A DNA stretch of 64,000 nucleotides from Candidatus Hydrogenedentota bacterium (GTDB lineage: Bacteria > Hydrogenedentota > Hydrogenedentia > Hydrogenedentales > SLHB01). The translations under genes were made by a program, and so were the position numbers. Below the pieces are notes generated by a model. It was not told where the DNA came from, did not search any database, and saw only the letters and a list, made by a program, of their open reading frames with translations. The DNA lies in contig JABWCD010000012.1 of NCBI GenBank assembly GCA_013359265.1, positions 8,458 to 72,457 on the forward strand. Reading direction: 5' to 3'. How positions within the stretch are numbered: the stretch's first letter is position 1; every line of letters begins with the position of its first letter. This document shows positions 1-9,408 of the stretch, one piece after another.

Positions 1-651
1 TCGCATGCGGATTCAACTACCAAGTGCACGGCATGCTTCCCTGTAGACTTCTCGGGGAGTTCGATTGTTGTGTTTCTTTCTTGGACGGTCGTTAAGGCGT
101 TACAGGATTTCGTCGAGCTGCAAAATGCCGCCATGCCGTCCGAACTGTCCGCGCGAACTGCACGACTCACATTCGATCACGTGAATCCGTGCCCGTATCT
201 CGAACCGCCGCGCCGAGAAAACCGTGCGAAACCAAGTATCCGATAGACCCGGCAGACCCGATAGACCCAACTCCCGTTCCCTCCGGAACCCGGTACCCGA
301 ATCCCGCCGTAATCTGGTGGTGGCTACGCCGCACCGAGTGGTTGGTGGCCGAGCGTTCCGCGGCCCGCGGCGCGGCAGTCCGCCTCCTTCACCCATTCGC
401 ACCTTCACACATCACACCTTTATTCGCGCTCCGTCCCATTCTGTCAACCAAACCACCCTCGTCTCGCAAACCCGGCACAGCTCATGTCGACCCACGCGCC
501 CGCGCTCGAGTGCAACACCCTGGGCATAGTAGTAGGTATGGCTTCCTCGCAACGTCTTTGCCCAGTGCCGTTCCGATTTGAAATCGTGCCGTGCATCAGG
601 GATTCTGCCCGCAATGTCCCTACCCTCGCGGAAACGAATGAAAGGGCTGCA

Positions 652-3522
652 ATGACGGTGCAGGCAAGGTTCCAGGTTTTCACGTGCTTGATTTGCGCGG
701 CGACGGCTGTTGCCGACCAGACCGCGCCCATTCCCGCGCGCGACGCGCTTGGCATGTTTCGCGTGCCGGACGACGTGCGCGTCGAACTGGTCGCGGCGGA
801 GCCGGACGTGATCGATCCCGTGGCGCTTTGCTTTGACGAGCGCGGACGCATGTTTGTAGTCGAAAATCGGGGTTATCCCACCGACGATTCGGGCAAGGGC
901 GTCATCGCGATGCTCGAGGACCCCGACGGCGACGGCTATTACGAGAAGCGGACGGTTTTTGCCGACGGTTTCGATTTTCCCAACGGCGTGATGCCGTGGA
1001 AAGGCGGCATCATCGTTACGTGCGCGCCCGACCTGCTCTATCTCAAGGACGTGGATGGCGACGGGCGGGCGGACACACGGGAGGTGTTGCTCACGGGTTT
1101 CGCGCCTGGCGGTTCGACGCAACTGCGCGTGAGCCATCCGATGCTCGGCATCGATAACTGGATTTATCTCACCAACGGCCTGAGCGGCGGCGAGATTGCC
1201 AATCCGTCCAAACCCGAATTGCCTCCAGTCAAAATGGGTTCTCTGGACGGCCGCTACAACCCGCTAACCGGCGTCTTCGAAACGACTGCCGGGCAAGCAC
1301 AATTCGGCCAAGCCTTCGACGATCTTGGGAACAAGTACGTGTGCAGTAACCGCAAACACATCGAGCACATCGTGCTGCAACCCGGCGATCTGGCGCGCAA
1401 TCCCCACGCGAACCTGTCGCAAACGGTCGCGCAGATTCCCGATCACGGCGAAGCGGGCCGCATCTTCGCGTTGAACGAGGCGCGCACAACGGCCTACGCG
1501 CATGCCGGCACGTTCACCGCGGCCTGCGGCATCGTCATATACCGCGGCGACGCGATGCCCGCCTATCTCGGCAACGCGTTCGTGTGCGACCCGACCGCCG
1601 CCCTGATTCACCGCGACATCCTGGAACCGCACGGCGCGACATTCATCGCGAAGCGCGGCGAGGAGAACAAGGACTTTCTCGCCACGCCCGACAATTGGTG
1701 CCGACCTGTGTTTCTCGCGAACGGTCCCGATGGCGCGCTGTACATGTGCGACATGTACCGCGCGACGATCGAACATCCCGTTTATCTGCCGGAGGAAATT
1801 CGCGGTTTTGCGGATTTCGAAGGTGGAAAAGACTGCGGCCGCATCTATCGCATCATTGGCAAGGATGTGAAGCGAGATAGTCAAACGGTGGACGAAACCA
1901 GGTTCGTCCATCAACTCGACTCCGGCAACGGGTGGGTTTCGGATACTGCGCAACGCTTACTCCTGGAAAAAGGAGACCTTTCGCCGCTGGCGTTCACGGA
2001 CGCGCGCCCCGGGCCAGCGCGATTGATCAAGACGTTGTACCTTGAACAGAGTTTGGGGAAACCCGGCGAAAGTCTGTTTGCGAATGTACGGAGCCCCTTC
2101 CCTTGGGTTCGCGAACATGCACTCCGCGTCGCACGAACGAGCGTGAATGACCGCGCAAAATTGGCCGACCTCGCCCTGCCGCTCATTCACGACCCGGATG
2201 CGCGCGTGCGCTTCGTTGCAGCGCTGGCGCTGGGCGACGCGCAAGACCCGCGGGGGACAGTGGCGCTCGCGGAATTCGCCGCGCGCGCCATCGATGATGA
2301 ATGGAACACCGCCGCGGCCTTCAGTAGCGCCGCGTATGACTTTGGCACATTCGCGACGGAATGTATGAAACACGTCGACAAGAACTCCGCTTCGTTGCCC
2401 GCATTTGCTGAGTCCCTCGCGCAAACGCTCGCTGCGGCGCAATCGCTCGACGCAACACGCGCATTCCTAGAAACTGTGTACTCCAACGATGAGCAAGCTA
2501 AGCCATGGCAGGTCGCGGCATTGCGCGGCGCATTACAGGGCTCGCTGAAAAACAATGCGTTTGACGCAAGTCTTTCCGCTCTGGAACGCATCAACACGTG
2601 CGCGGGCGGCAACGCCGCGTTGACGCATCGAATCGCCGGCGCAATCGAGAACGCCAAGAAACTCGCCGGTGACGCAACGGTGAAGGAAGAGGTGCGTGTG
2701 CATGCCGTGGCGCTGCTCGGCTACACCAACTTTGAAGCGTCGGGCGCCCTGCTCGGAGAACTCGTCGGCCCCATTGCGCCACCGGAAGTCCAACTTGCGG
2801 CGGTACAGGCGCTCGCGCGCATGCACGACGATCGCGTCGCGCAATTCCTCGCGTCGGACGCGTGGGGCGGCTTCACCGCGCCAGTCCGCAGCGCGGCGGC
2901 AAGTGCGCTGCTTGCGACGCCTCAACGGACGCTCGCGTTGCTCGATGGAATCGAACGCGGCGCAATTCCCGCGTGGATCATCGACCCGGGAACACGCGGA
3001 AATCTACAAGAACACCGCGACGAGGCGATTAGGACAAAAGCGCGTGCGTTGTTCGCTGAAGTGAAGTCTGTCGACCGCAAGAAGGTGTACGAAGAATACA
3101 AAGACAGTCTGGAACTCGCGCCGAAATCCTCGTCCGGCGCGCAGGTGTACAAGGACCTCTGCGCGCAGTGTCACGTATTCAACGGCACGGGTTTTGCCGT
3201 CGGGCCGGACTTGACGAGTATACGCAGCCAGCCAAACGAAGCGATCCTGATGCACATCCTGATGCCGAACTGGATATTGGAGCAGGGATTCGAGAATTAC
3301 ACGATCGAAACCGCGGATCTGGAAACCTATTCCGGCATCATCAAAGCGCAGGACGAATCGAGCATCACGCTGAAGTGTCCGCAGGGAATCGAAAAGACCA
3401 TCGCGCGCGCGGACATCTCGAGCATCAAGACGGCGAGCAAGTCCCTCATGCCCGAGGAACTGGAAAAGGGTATGACGAAACAGCAGCTTCGCGACCTAAT
3501 CGGCTACCTGAAGGGCGAATGA
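652..3522 (+). CDS. Secreted multidomain protein with a dehydrogenase-like beta-propeller N-terminus, HEAT-like repeats and a C-terminal mono-haem cytochrome c domain
   Basis: ORF 484..3522. The likely start is ATG 652, which gives the signal peptide MTVQARFQVFTCLICAATAVA. A CAQCH haem-c motif lies near the C-terminus. HEAT-like units such as DPDARVRFVAALALGD are present. The architecture resembles PVC-type membrane-bound dehydrogenase/haem-binding proteins. Confidence 0.8.
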   Translation: MTVQARFQVFTCLICAATAVADQTAPIPARDALGMFRVPDDVRVELVAAEPDVIDPVALCFDERGRMFVVENRGYPTDDSGKGVIAMLEDPDGDGYYEKRTVFADGFDFPNGVMPWKGGIIVTCAPDLLYLKDVDGDGRADTREVLLTGFAPGGSTQLRVSHPMLGIDNWIYLTNGLSGGEIANPSKPELPPVKMGSLDGRYNPLTGVFETTAGQAQFGQAFDDLGNKYVCSNRKHIEHIVLQPGDLARNPHANLSQTVAQIPDHGEAGRIFALNEARTTAYAHAGTFTAACGIVIYRGDAMPAYLGNAFVCDPTAALIHRDILEPHGATFIAKRGEENKDFLATPDNWCRPVFLANGPDGALYMCDMYRATIEHPVYLPEEIRGFADFEGGKDCGRIYRIIGKDVKRDSQTVDETRFVHQLDSGNGWVSDTAQRLLLEKGDLSPLAFTDARPGPARLIKTLYLEQSLGKPGESLFANVRSPFPWVREHALRVARTSVNDRAKLADLALPLIHDPDARVRFVAALALGDAQDPRGTVALAEFAARAIDDEWNTAAAFSSAAYDFGTFATECMKHVDKNSASLPAFAESLAQTLAAAQSLDATRAFLETVYSNDEQAKPWQVAALRGALQGSLKNNAFDASLSALERINTCAGGNAALTHRIAGAIENAKKLAGDATVKEEVRVHAVALLGYTNFEASGALLGELVGPIAPPEVQLAAVQALARMHDDRVAQFLASDAWGGFTAPVRSAAASALLATPQRTLALLDGIERGAIPAWIIDPGTRGNLQEHRDEAIRTKARALFAEVKSVDRKKVYEEYKDSLELAPKSSSGAQVYKDLCAQCHVFNGTGFAVGPDLTSIRSQPNEAILMHILMPNWILEQGFENYTIETADLETYSGIIKAQDESSITLKCPQGIEKTIARADISSIKTASKSLMPEELEKGMTKQQLRDLIGYLKGE

Positions 3523-3547
3523 CCGGGACCAAGGCAAGTGATGTGAT

Positions 3548-4378
3548 ATGCGTTTCCACGCGCTAAATATGATGCTTGTGCTGCTGGTTTCGGCGTGCGC
3601 GACCAATTCGGATGGAAGCCGGGCTTCGAGCACGAAGGACTTCGTGCCCGGTGAGGTCCGTACACAGGATGGTGCGAGGATAGCCTATTACGTGCGGGAA
3701 GGAAGGGGCCCGTGCATCGTGTTGATCCCCGGCAGTTGGGGCGATTGGCGCGTTTACGACCGCGTAGTCGAACGGCTGCCGGAGGAATTCCAAATCGTCA
3801 TTGTCGAATTGCGTGGGCACGGACGCAGTCAGCCGCCTACGCTCGATGGATCTATCGAGTCGTTCGCCGACGACGTACGGCGCGTGACCGATGCGCTGAG
3901 GCTTCCCCATTACTTCGTCGGCGGGCACAGCATCGGCGGAATGGTTGCCATCGAAATCGCTGGACGCAATCCCAACGAACTCGACGGCGTGATCAGCATA
4001 GAAGGCTGGACGCACCACACCGTCGTGAAGAACGCGTTCGGCACGAGTCCTATCGAGCCGTCAAGCGCGGCGAAGAAAGCACTAATCGCGGCGGACCGCG
4101 AGCGTGTGCAACGTAACTTGACCGAGGAACAAATCAAGGCCTTCGGAGCGATCTGGCGCCGCTGGAATGGGCGCGCGATCCTGGACACGACGCCCCTGCC
4201 AGTTCTGGAAATCTGGGGAGATCGTAGCGCGCCGCGGCCGACGCTGGACGCTCTCCAAATTCCCGATCGCTCGAACATTGAACTCGTTTGGGTCGCCAAT
4301 GCGTCGCACTATCTCCTGGTTGAAGACCCGGAAGCAGTCGCCAACGCCATTACCACGTTTATCCACCGGCGCCGTTAG
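3548..4378 (+). CDS. Alpha/beta-fold hydrolase, probably a lipoprotein
   Basis: 276-aa ORF with the GHSIGG nucleophile elbow (GxSxG). The N-terminal signal has a VSAC lipobox. It starts 25 nt after the upstream gene. Confidence 0.8.
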   Translation: MRFHALNMMLVLLVSACATNSDGSRASSTKDFVPGEVRTQDGARIAYYVREGRGPCIVLIPGSWGDWRVYDRVVERLPEEFQIVIVELRGHGRSQPPTLDGSIESFADDVRRVTDALRLPHYFVGGHSIGGMVAIEIAGRNPNELDGVISIEGWTHHTVVKNAFGTSPIEPSSAAKKALIAADRERVQRNLTEEQIKAFGAIWRRWNGRAILDTTPLPVLEIWGDRSAPRPTLDALQIPDRSNIELVWVANASHYLLVEDPEAVANAITTFIHRRR

Positions 4379-4678
4379 CCGCAACCAACCTCCCCGCTCG
4401 AAGCATCCGGTTGATCGGCGTTGTGATTGACCCACATGTACAAAGTTGTACGGGAACGTAGTAATCTATTGACAAATTCGTCCATTAGTACAATTTTGTT
4501 CTCAGCTCAAGCATAGGCTAAGTTCGCTGTAACACATTGCAAATAAATATGTTATATGCGATTCAATATTCTTGGCACACCCATTGCTCTACAGGAAATT
4601 ACCGCGCCGGTTGATGCGGTGAAGGGAAACGGCGCGGCAGTGACTCTCGGGGAAGAGAGTAGGAAGGAGCCAAGACCA

Positions 4679-4831
4679 ATGCTCGGTGAGTTGAAGACGA
4701 AGTCAGTGATTGCCAAGTGGTACTTGACCAAGTTTCGTGGACTTAAAGTGGCCTATCGTGTCGTTGTGCCGCAGTTCGTAATCCTCGGCATGGTCATCTA
4801 CACGACGGCCTGGGTCATCGTCCCGGCATAA
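4679..4831 (+). CDS. Small (50 aa) C-terminally anchored membrane protein, hypothetical
   Basis: This is an internal ATG of ORF 4556..4831, preceded by a strong AGGAAGGAG Shine-Dalgarno. The C-terminal segment VVVPQFVILGMVIYTTAWVIV is hydrophobic. It lies in a low-GC islet. The longer 4556 start has no visible RBS. Confidence 0.35.
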   Translation: MLGELKTKSVIAKWYLTKFRGLKVAYRVVVPQFVILGMVIYTTAWVIVPA

Positions 4832-4902
4832 AGGAAGCCTACCAATGCGGCGCAAGCCGCAGTTGATACAACCCGCACCACCCGCACCTTAACCCACCCA
4901 CG

Positions 4903-4939
4903 CCACCGTCGACCCACCCCGACGGTGGCCACCTCTTTT
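4903..4939 (+). terminator. Putative rho-independent terminator
   Basis: A 9-bp stem CCACCGTCG/CGACGGTGG (4903-4911 and 4920-4928) with an 8-nt loop, followed by CCACCTCTTTTC. Confidence 0.4.
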
Positions 4940-5096
4940 CATGGTGGAAACCCGACGTCTCCGACCCCGTTCGCTTCCGTCAAGCTGCTCACTCGTTTGT
5001 CAGGCCCGCCGACACCCCCTCCTTCCTGATATAATTCAGTGTGAATAGCGTTGCCGGTTTGGAAGCCGGCAGTCCGATGGCGTGGAGGACGAAGCT

Positions 5097-5309
5097 ATGA
5101 GTACTCAAGTCATTGGGTTGCGCGTGGCGGCGGTGATATTCGGTCTGGTCTGCCTTGCGCAATTCATACGGTTTATTTCGGGGACAAGCGTGATTGTCGC
5201 GAGTCACGCTTTGCCCCTGTGGCCGAGTGCAGTTGCAGCCGTGGTCGCCGGCGGGCTGTGCATCTGGCTTTGGTCGCTTACCGTCGGCGGAGGCCGGCAC
5301 CAGCATTAA
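5097..5309 (+). CDS. Small two-TM membrane protein, hypothetical
   Basis: ATG 5097 is preceded by GGAGGA. Two hydrophobic helices are visible (VIGLRVAAVIFGLVCLAQF and WPSAVAAVVAGGLCIWLW). Confidence 0.4.
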   Translation: MSTQVIGLRVAAVIFGLVCLAQFIRFISGTSVIVASHALPLWPSAVAAVVAGGLCIWLWSLTVGGGRHQH

Positions 5310-5330
5310 GCGCTGGCGAGTGCACAGTCA

Positions 5331-6728
5331 TTACGGGGCTGTGAACACCGCCATGTTTCCCAGCACGACCCGCACCAAAATGGCCGCGTATTCGCAGTAA
5401 CCCGCGGGGCCGATGGTGGCTACCTTCCAGTCGGGCACGGGGAAGTAGCGCTCGTACCACCACCAGTCGTCCTGTTTGCCCCGTTCGCAGACTTTTCGGA
5501 CGCCTTCCACGATGCGTTTCGTTTCGCCCATCGCTTTGCACGCCATGGCTTCGAGATACCATACGCGGCCCATCGCGGCCACGTCCTTAAAGTCCCCCGC
5601 GCCGTTGTGAAAGGTCAGCGGTTCGGGCAGTTCCCAATCGCGGTACGAATACGGTTTCGTTACGAGTTGCGTTGGCATGTCGCCGTGCCAGAATTCCTTC
5701 TCCGCCATGAGCAATGGCCACACGGCCTTTTTCTGTTCGCCGGTAGCAACGTCGCACGCGATGGCCGCCCAGTTCACGTCGGTCAGGCCGTGCAAATCGA
5801 CAAGGCCGTGATCGGGATGGACGTATTCCGCGAAGTGATCGTCCTTCCAGAATACGGAGCGAAACGTTTCCGCATGCCGGTCCGCGAGGTCGCGCCATTC
5901 GCGTTCCTTGTCGGCATTGCCCAGGGCGGCGTGAAGTTTTGAAAGAATGCGGAACGATTTCACCGCGTAGCATTGTGTTACGCCATCCCACTGGTTGCGC
6001 GGCGGCAGTTCGAGGTAGAAACCCGCGCCACCGAACAGGCCGTTCTCTCCGCGGCGTGCGAGGACGTAGCGGCCTGCGTTGTCGATCGAATCGATGCGAT
6101 CGGCGAGCCATTCATTTGACGGTTCGTCCGCGTAGATTTCGTCCGCGGTAAGGATGTAGCTCAGCGTGCCGAGCAGGCCGAGCGGATTCACTTTCGGTTG
6201 CCAGTGGCTGAACAGGCCGATCCATTTGCGCGCGGACCGATTGCTGTGCGCGGGTTGCCCATCGCGTTCCGGCGGCGTGTAGGCGTATACGTCTTCCGGG
6301 TAGCGCATGCCCTGAAGGTGCGTCGTAAGCCCCGGCGGAGGCGTTTCGGCGGGGAAAATCGCGAAGGGAACGTTGCCGTCCCTACGCTGCGACGCGCGCA
6401 CAAAATCGAAGTAGTCCAGCACCATGCGCCGCTTGCCGAGGAGCAAGTACGCGCCGGCCAACTCCCAGCTATCGAGGCCCGGCCACGTGTTCTCCGCGCC
6501 GTACACGCGTCCGTCGGCGGTGACGCTGAAATGGCCGGGATACGCGCGTTCCGCCGCCGCGGGAACGAGCGTCTTGTCGATGGCCATCTTCACGCCGGTG
6601 CGAATCGTGTCATCGGCGATCGAATCGAGCGAGATGGCCAACTTGTCTTGCGCTGTTTCAGCCTTCGCCCGGACACCCTGCAACGCCGCCGCCACCGCGG
6701 CTGTCTGAAGAAACGCTCGCCGGTCCAC
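5331..6728 (-). CDS. Tat-exported (alpha/alpha)6-barrel glycoside-hydrolase-like protein
   Basis: 465-aa ORF with a twin-arginine signal MDRRAFLQTAAVAAALQGVRA. The composition is Trp/Tyr-rich and acidic, as in six-hairpin glycosidases. The specific family is not assignable by eye. Confidence 0.7.
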   Translation of the reverse strand: MDRRAFLQTAAVAAALQGVRAKAETAQDKLAISLDSIADDTIRTGVKMAIDKTLVPAAAERAYPGHFSVTADGRVYGAENTWPGLDSWELAGAYLLLGKRRMVLDYFDFVRASQRRDGNVPFAIFPAETPPPGLTTHLQGMRYPEDVYAYTPPERDGQPAHSNRSARKWIGLFSHWQPKVNPLGLLGTLSYILTADEIYADEPSNEWLADRIDSIDNAGRYVLARRGENGLFGGAGFYLELPPRNQWDGVTQCYAVKSFRILSKLHAALGNADKEREWRDLADRHAETFRSVFWKDDHFAEYVHPDHGLVDLHGLTDVNWAAIACDVATGEQKKAVWPLLMAEKEFWHGDMPTQLVTKPYSYRDWELPEPLTFHNGAGDFKDVAAMGRVWYLEAMACKAMGETKRIVEGVRKVCERGKQDDWWWYERYFPVPDWKVATIGPAGYCEYAAILVRVVLGNMAVFTAP

Positions 6729-6874
6729 GCGCTATCTCCTTAACTAGGGACAGTCACCTGTTATTTGAAGGACCTAAACGACGAAAGGGACGCAAACGAC
6801 CGCGCGAAACTCGCCGATCGTCGTCCGAGTACTGCAGAGGTCCACATCGTTGGGTCATGCGACTAACGAACACG

Positions 6875-8329
6875 CTATTCATCAGCGAACACGAACGAAT
6901 AGAGTTTCGTCCGAATCATTTTGAAGAAGATTCTAACAGGTTTTCCGGCGAGCGCTGACACATCCGGATTGCCTTTCCAGTATACCGTCTGATCGATGAA
7001 GTTTCCGCCGATTTCTTCGCAGTCGGCCAGTGAGTATCCGGGTATCGCGTTTCCCTCCGCGTCACGCAGTTCAACAAACGCGGCGCCCATCGCTCCCGAG
7101 TCGATATTGAGCCGCAGGCGGTTTCCCGAAAACGTGAGCAACGGCGTTTCGAGCCAGCCGCCCTTGTGGTCGGCGTCGGCGGAGACGAAGCCGTCGACGC
7201 GCTGCTTCAGCAGTCCGATGCCGCCGAGGTCGGTGACGTAATCGTATTCCGGGCGCAGCACGACGGAATCGTGGGTGCGGCCGCTGGACATGTAGTACTG
7301 GTAGAGGTAGTTGCCGCGCTTCACGTAACCCGGACACATCACGTTCAGCCAGCGGTCCCACTCGTCGGCGAGTCCCATCGGAAAATACGGCTCGCGGCTG
7401 GGACGCGTCCACGTGATGCCGTCGCGGCTGACCGCAAGTTGGATTTCGAGCAGCCCGAAGTCTTCCCAGGTATTCGGTTGGCGCGGACGAATGAACGGCT
7501 GGCTCGCGGGATAAAAGTGGCGGAATTGCGCCGTGAACATGAGGTAGACATCCATGGCTTCCGAGTACAGCGTCGCCGCGTTGTAATAAATGTCCGAGAA
7601 GGGATTGTCCTCGGCGTCGGCCTGCAGTACGACGTTCGTGTTTGCCGGGCGAAAAAACATGTTGTCTTCCGCCGTCTTCGTGTACGGCCACGGCTTCAAC
7701 ACGTCGTCCGTCTCTATGCGCGCGATACGGCGCTAGTTTTCCGAGTCCCGCTCGAACGCGCGCAGGTAGATAACGTACTTATTGATGCGCGGGTCCCACC
7801 AGACTACCTGTGGGTTGTCTGAAAAGAACGGCAACACGCGCCCGGCTTTCGTGAAATTCAACCCGTCGGCGGAATAGCTTGCGTATACGCCCTCCGTATC
7901 CGGATCGAATTGGGCCGGTGACTTGGTTTGAACCCCGAACAATTTGTACCGCCGCGCGGGGTCGGGGTCGTGATCGTCCTTGAACACGGTGCCGAGAATG
8001 CCGGAGGGAATCGTTCCCGCGCGCTTGAATCGCATGCCGTCCGTGCTTTCGAGGACCGTCAGCGCGCTCTCCGCGCCGATGTACAGCTTGATCGCGCCGT
8101 TGTCGTCGATCACCCGGCTCACGTGGTCGCGAAAAACGTTGCCGTTCTCGTCCTGAATGCGCCCCATCTTCTGCGCGGGGTTCATGCGCAGTTCAATGTT
8201 CTCGCTCTTCGCGACGAAACGGGTGTCGATGAAGAGTTGCTTGTTCGCGGCGATGTCGATGATCGGCTGGGCAATTGACGGGACGTTTACAAGAGTTAAC
8301 GCAAAGATTAGGCTCCTGCAAGATGACAT
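6875..8329 (-). pseudogene. Secreted beta-propeller glycosidase-like gene interrupted by one in-frame TAG (7733..7735)
   Basis: ORFs 7733..8329 (signal peptide, N-terminal half) and 6875..7702 (no signal peptide, GTG start) are in the same frame. They are separated only by TAG plus 10 sense codons (RRIARIETDD). Confidence 0.6.
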
Positions 8330-8392
8330 AGCTACACCTCAATTGTCTGTAATGCGCTGAATTGGATATGTGTGCGTGCGCAAGCGTCACGT

Positions 8393-8926
8393 CTAAACGC
8401 CGGGAATCGTCGGATGGCCGTTGGGAAGGTGCGTTGTTTCCGGAGGCCAGACCGCCCCGACCTTGTATCTCGGCCAGATGACATGCAAGAGCGCCCCCGG
8501 TAGGCCGTCGGTATCTGAATCTGCCCGCACGATAAATCGCGCGCCATCATCGAGTACGACAAGTATGTCGTACGCGAGTACCATGTCCACCAAGACTCTT
8601 GTGGATTCTGGTTTGCCATACTGACCTTTCTGGTCTTGGGCAACCCACCGCCTGCATATTTCTGGAGCGTCCCGGGACCATACGACTGGACGGTCTTCTG
8701 CGATTGCCAGAAGCGCCTGCGTTACGAACACTTCTGCACGATATTCGGTATGTCGAACGCAAGCCCACGGAAAAGACGCAAGTGCCGCTAGAACGACTGC
8801 AAATACCAACAACGCAGCAATCCGCAAGTATCGCGCGCGCCGGAAGCGAAGCGAAAGAATTATCGCCGCGCCGAGGGAGAGAATTAGGATGATAACCAAG
8901 ATAGGAGGTACTGCTCGCACGTCCAC
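8393..8926 (-). CDS. Hypothetical membrane protein (two N-terminal TM helices plus a soluble domain)
   Basis: 177-aa ORF in a lower-GC stretch. It has the hydrophobic segments PPILVIILILSLGAAIILSL and IAALLVFAVVLAALASF. No recognisable motif. Confidence 0.45.
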   Translation of the reverse strand: MDVRAVPPILVIILILSLGAAIILSLRFRRARYLRIAALLVFAVVLAALASFPWACVRHTEYRAEVFVTQALLAIAEDRPVVWSRDAPEICRRWVAQDQKGQYGKPESTRVLVDMVLAYDILVVLDDGARFIVRADSDTDGLPGALLHVIWPRYKVGAVWPPETTHLPNGHPTIPGV

Positions 8927-8956
8927 GTAGCTGACTCCCCGCCTGAAATACTAACG

Positions 8957-9346
8957 CTAAGAATCCTCGTCTCGGCTGGACAGTTCCGGTATTACAATCT
9001 CTTCGGGTGGAATATGCACAATCTTTCCATCTTCCCATACAACGACGGGAACTCCAGCACGCTTGTGCTCGATAAGCATCGTGCGATGGGCGCGTCTCAA
9101 AGCGTCCGCAATCTGTTCGTCGGTAGGAAGCGCGGGGGGCAGACGTCGTTCCGATGGCGATTCAGCATCGCCCATCGCCCTGTCAGCATCTTTGGTTTCA
9201 ATCCACAGTCTTTTCGCAGCGAGAACTTCTCTCAGTGCTTCCTCGGGCGATTCACCGAATGCTGAACAACCAGGAAGGTCGGGAATCTCAGCAATCCAGC
9301 CCTCATCTTCTACGCTCGGAAAGATCGTGATTGGATAGTCACACAT
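8957..9346 (-). CDS. HicB-like (UPF0150) antitoxin-family protein
   Basis: ATG 9346 was chosen because the longer ORF would overlap guaA. The N-terminus ITIFPSVEDEGWIAEIPDLPGCSAFGESPEEALREV matches the HicB N-terminal domain pattern. No HicA-like ORF is adjacent. Confidence 0.6.
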   Translation of the reverse strand: MCDYPITIFPSVEDEGWIAEIPDLPGCSAFGESPEEALREVLAAKRLWIETKDADRAMGDAESPSERRLPPALPTDEQIADALRRAHRTMLIEHKRAGVPVVVWEDGKIVHIPPEEIVIPELSSRDEDS

Positions 9347-9408
9347 TTGGCTGGCCGTCTCTACATTGGCGATTCTAGCACTTTTCCGAAGAAACCGCGA
9401 CGCGCCCG

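Noticed and set aside
100-408. 102-aa minus-strand ORF at the window start, with a Cys-containing tail (VIECESCSS...)
   Set aside because: It is mostly Arg/Gly/Pro-rich with no start-site support, and the CxxC tail alone is not diagnostic.
7733-7735. In-frame TAG as pyrrolysine
   Set aside because: No pyl genes are in the window, and the bacterial context makes this very unlikely. A pseudogene, a sequencing error or read-through are simpler explanations.
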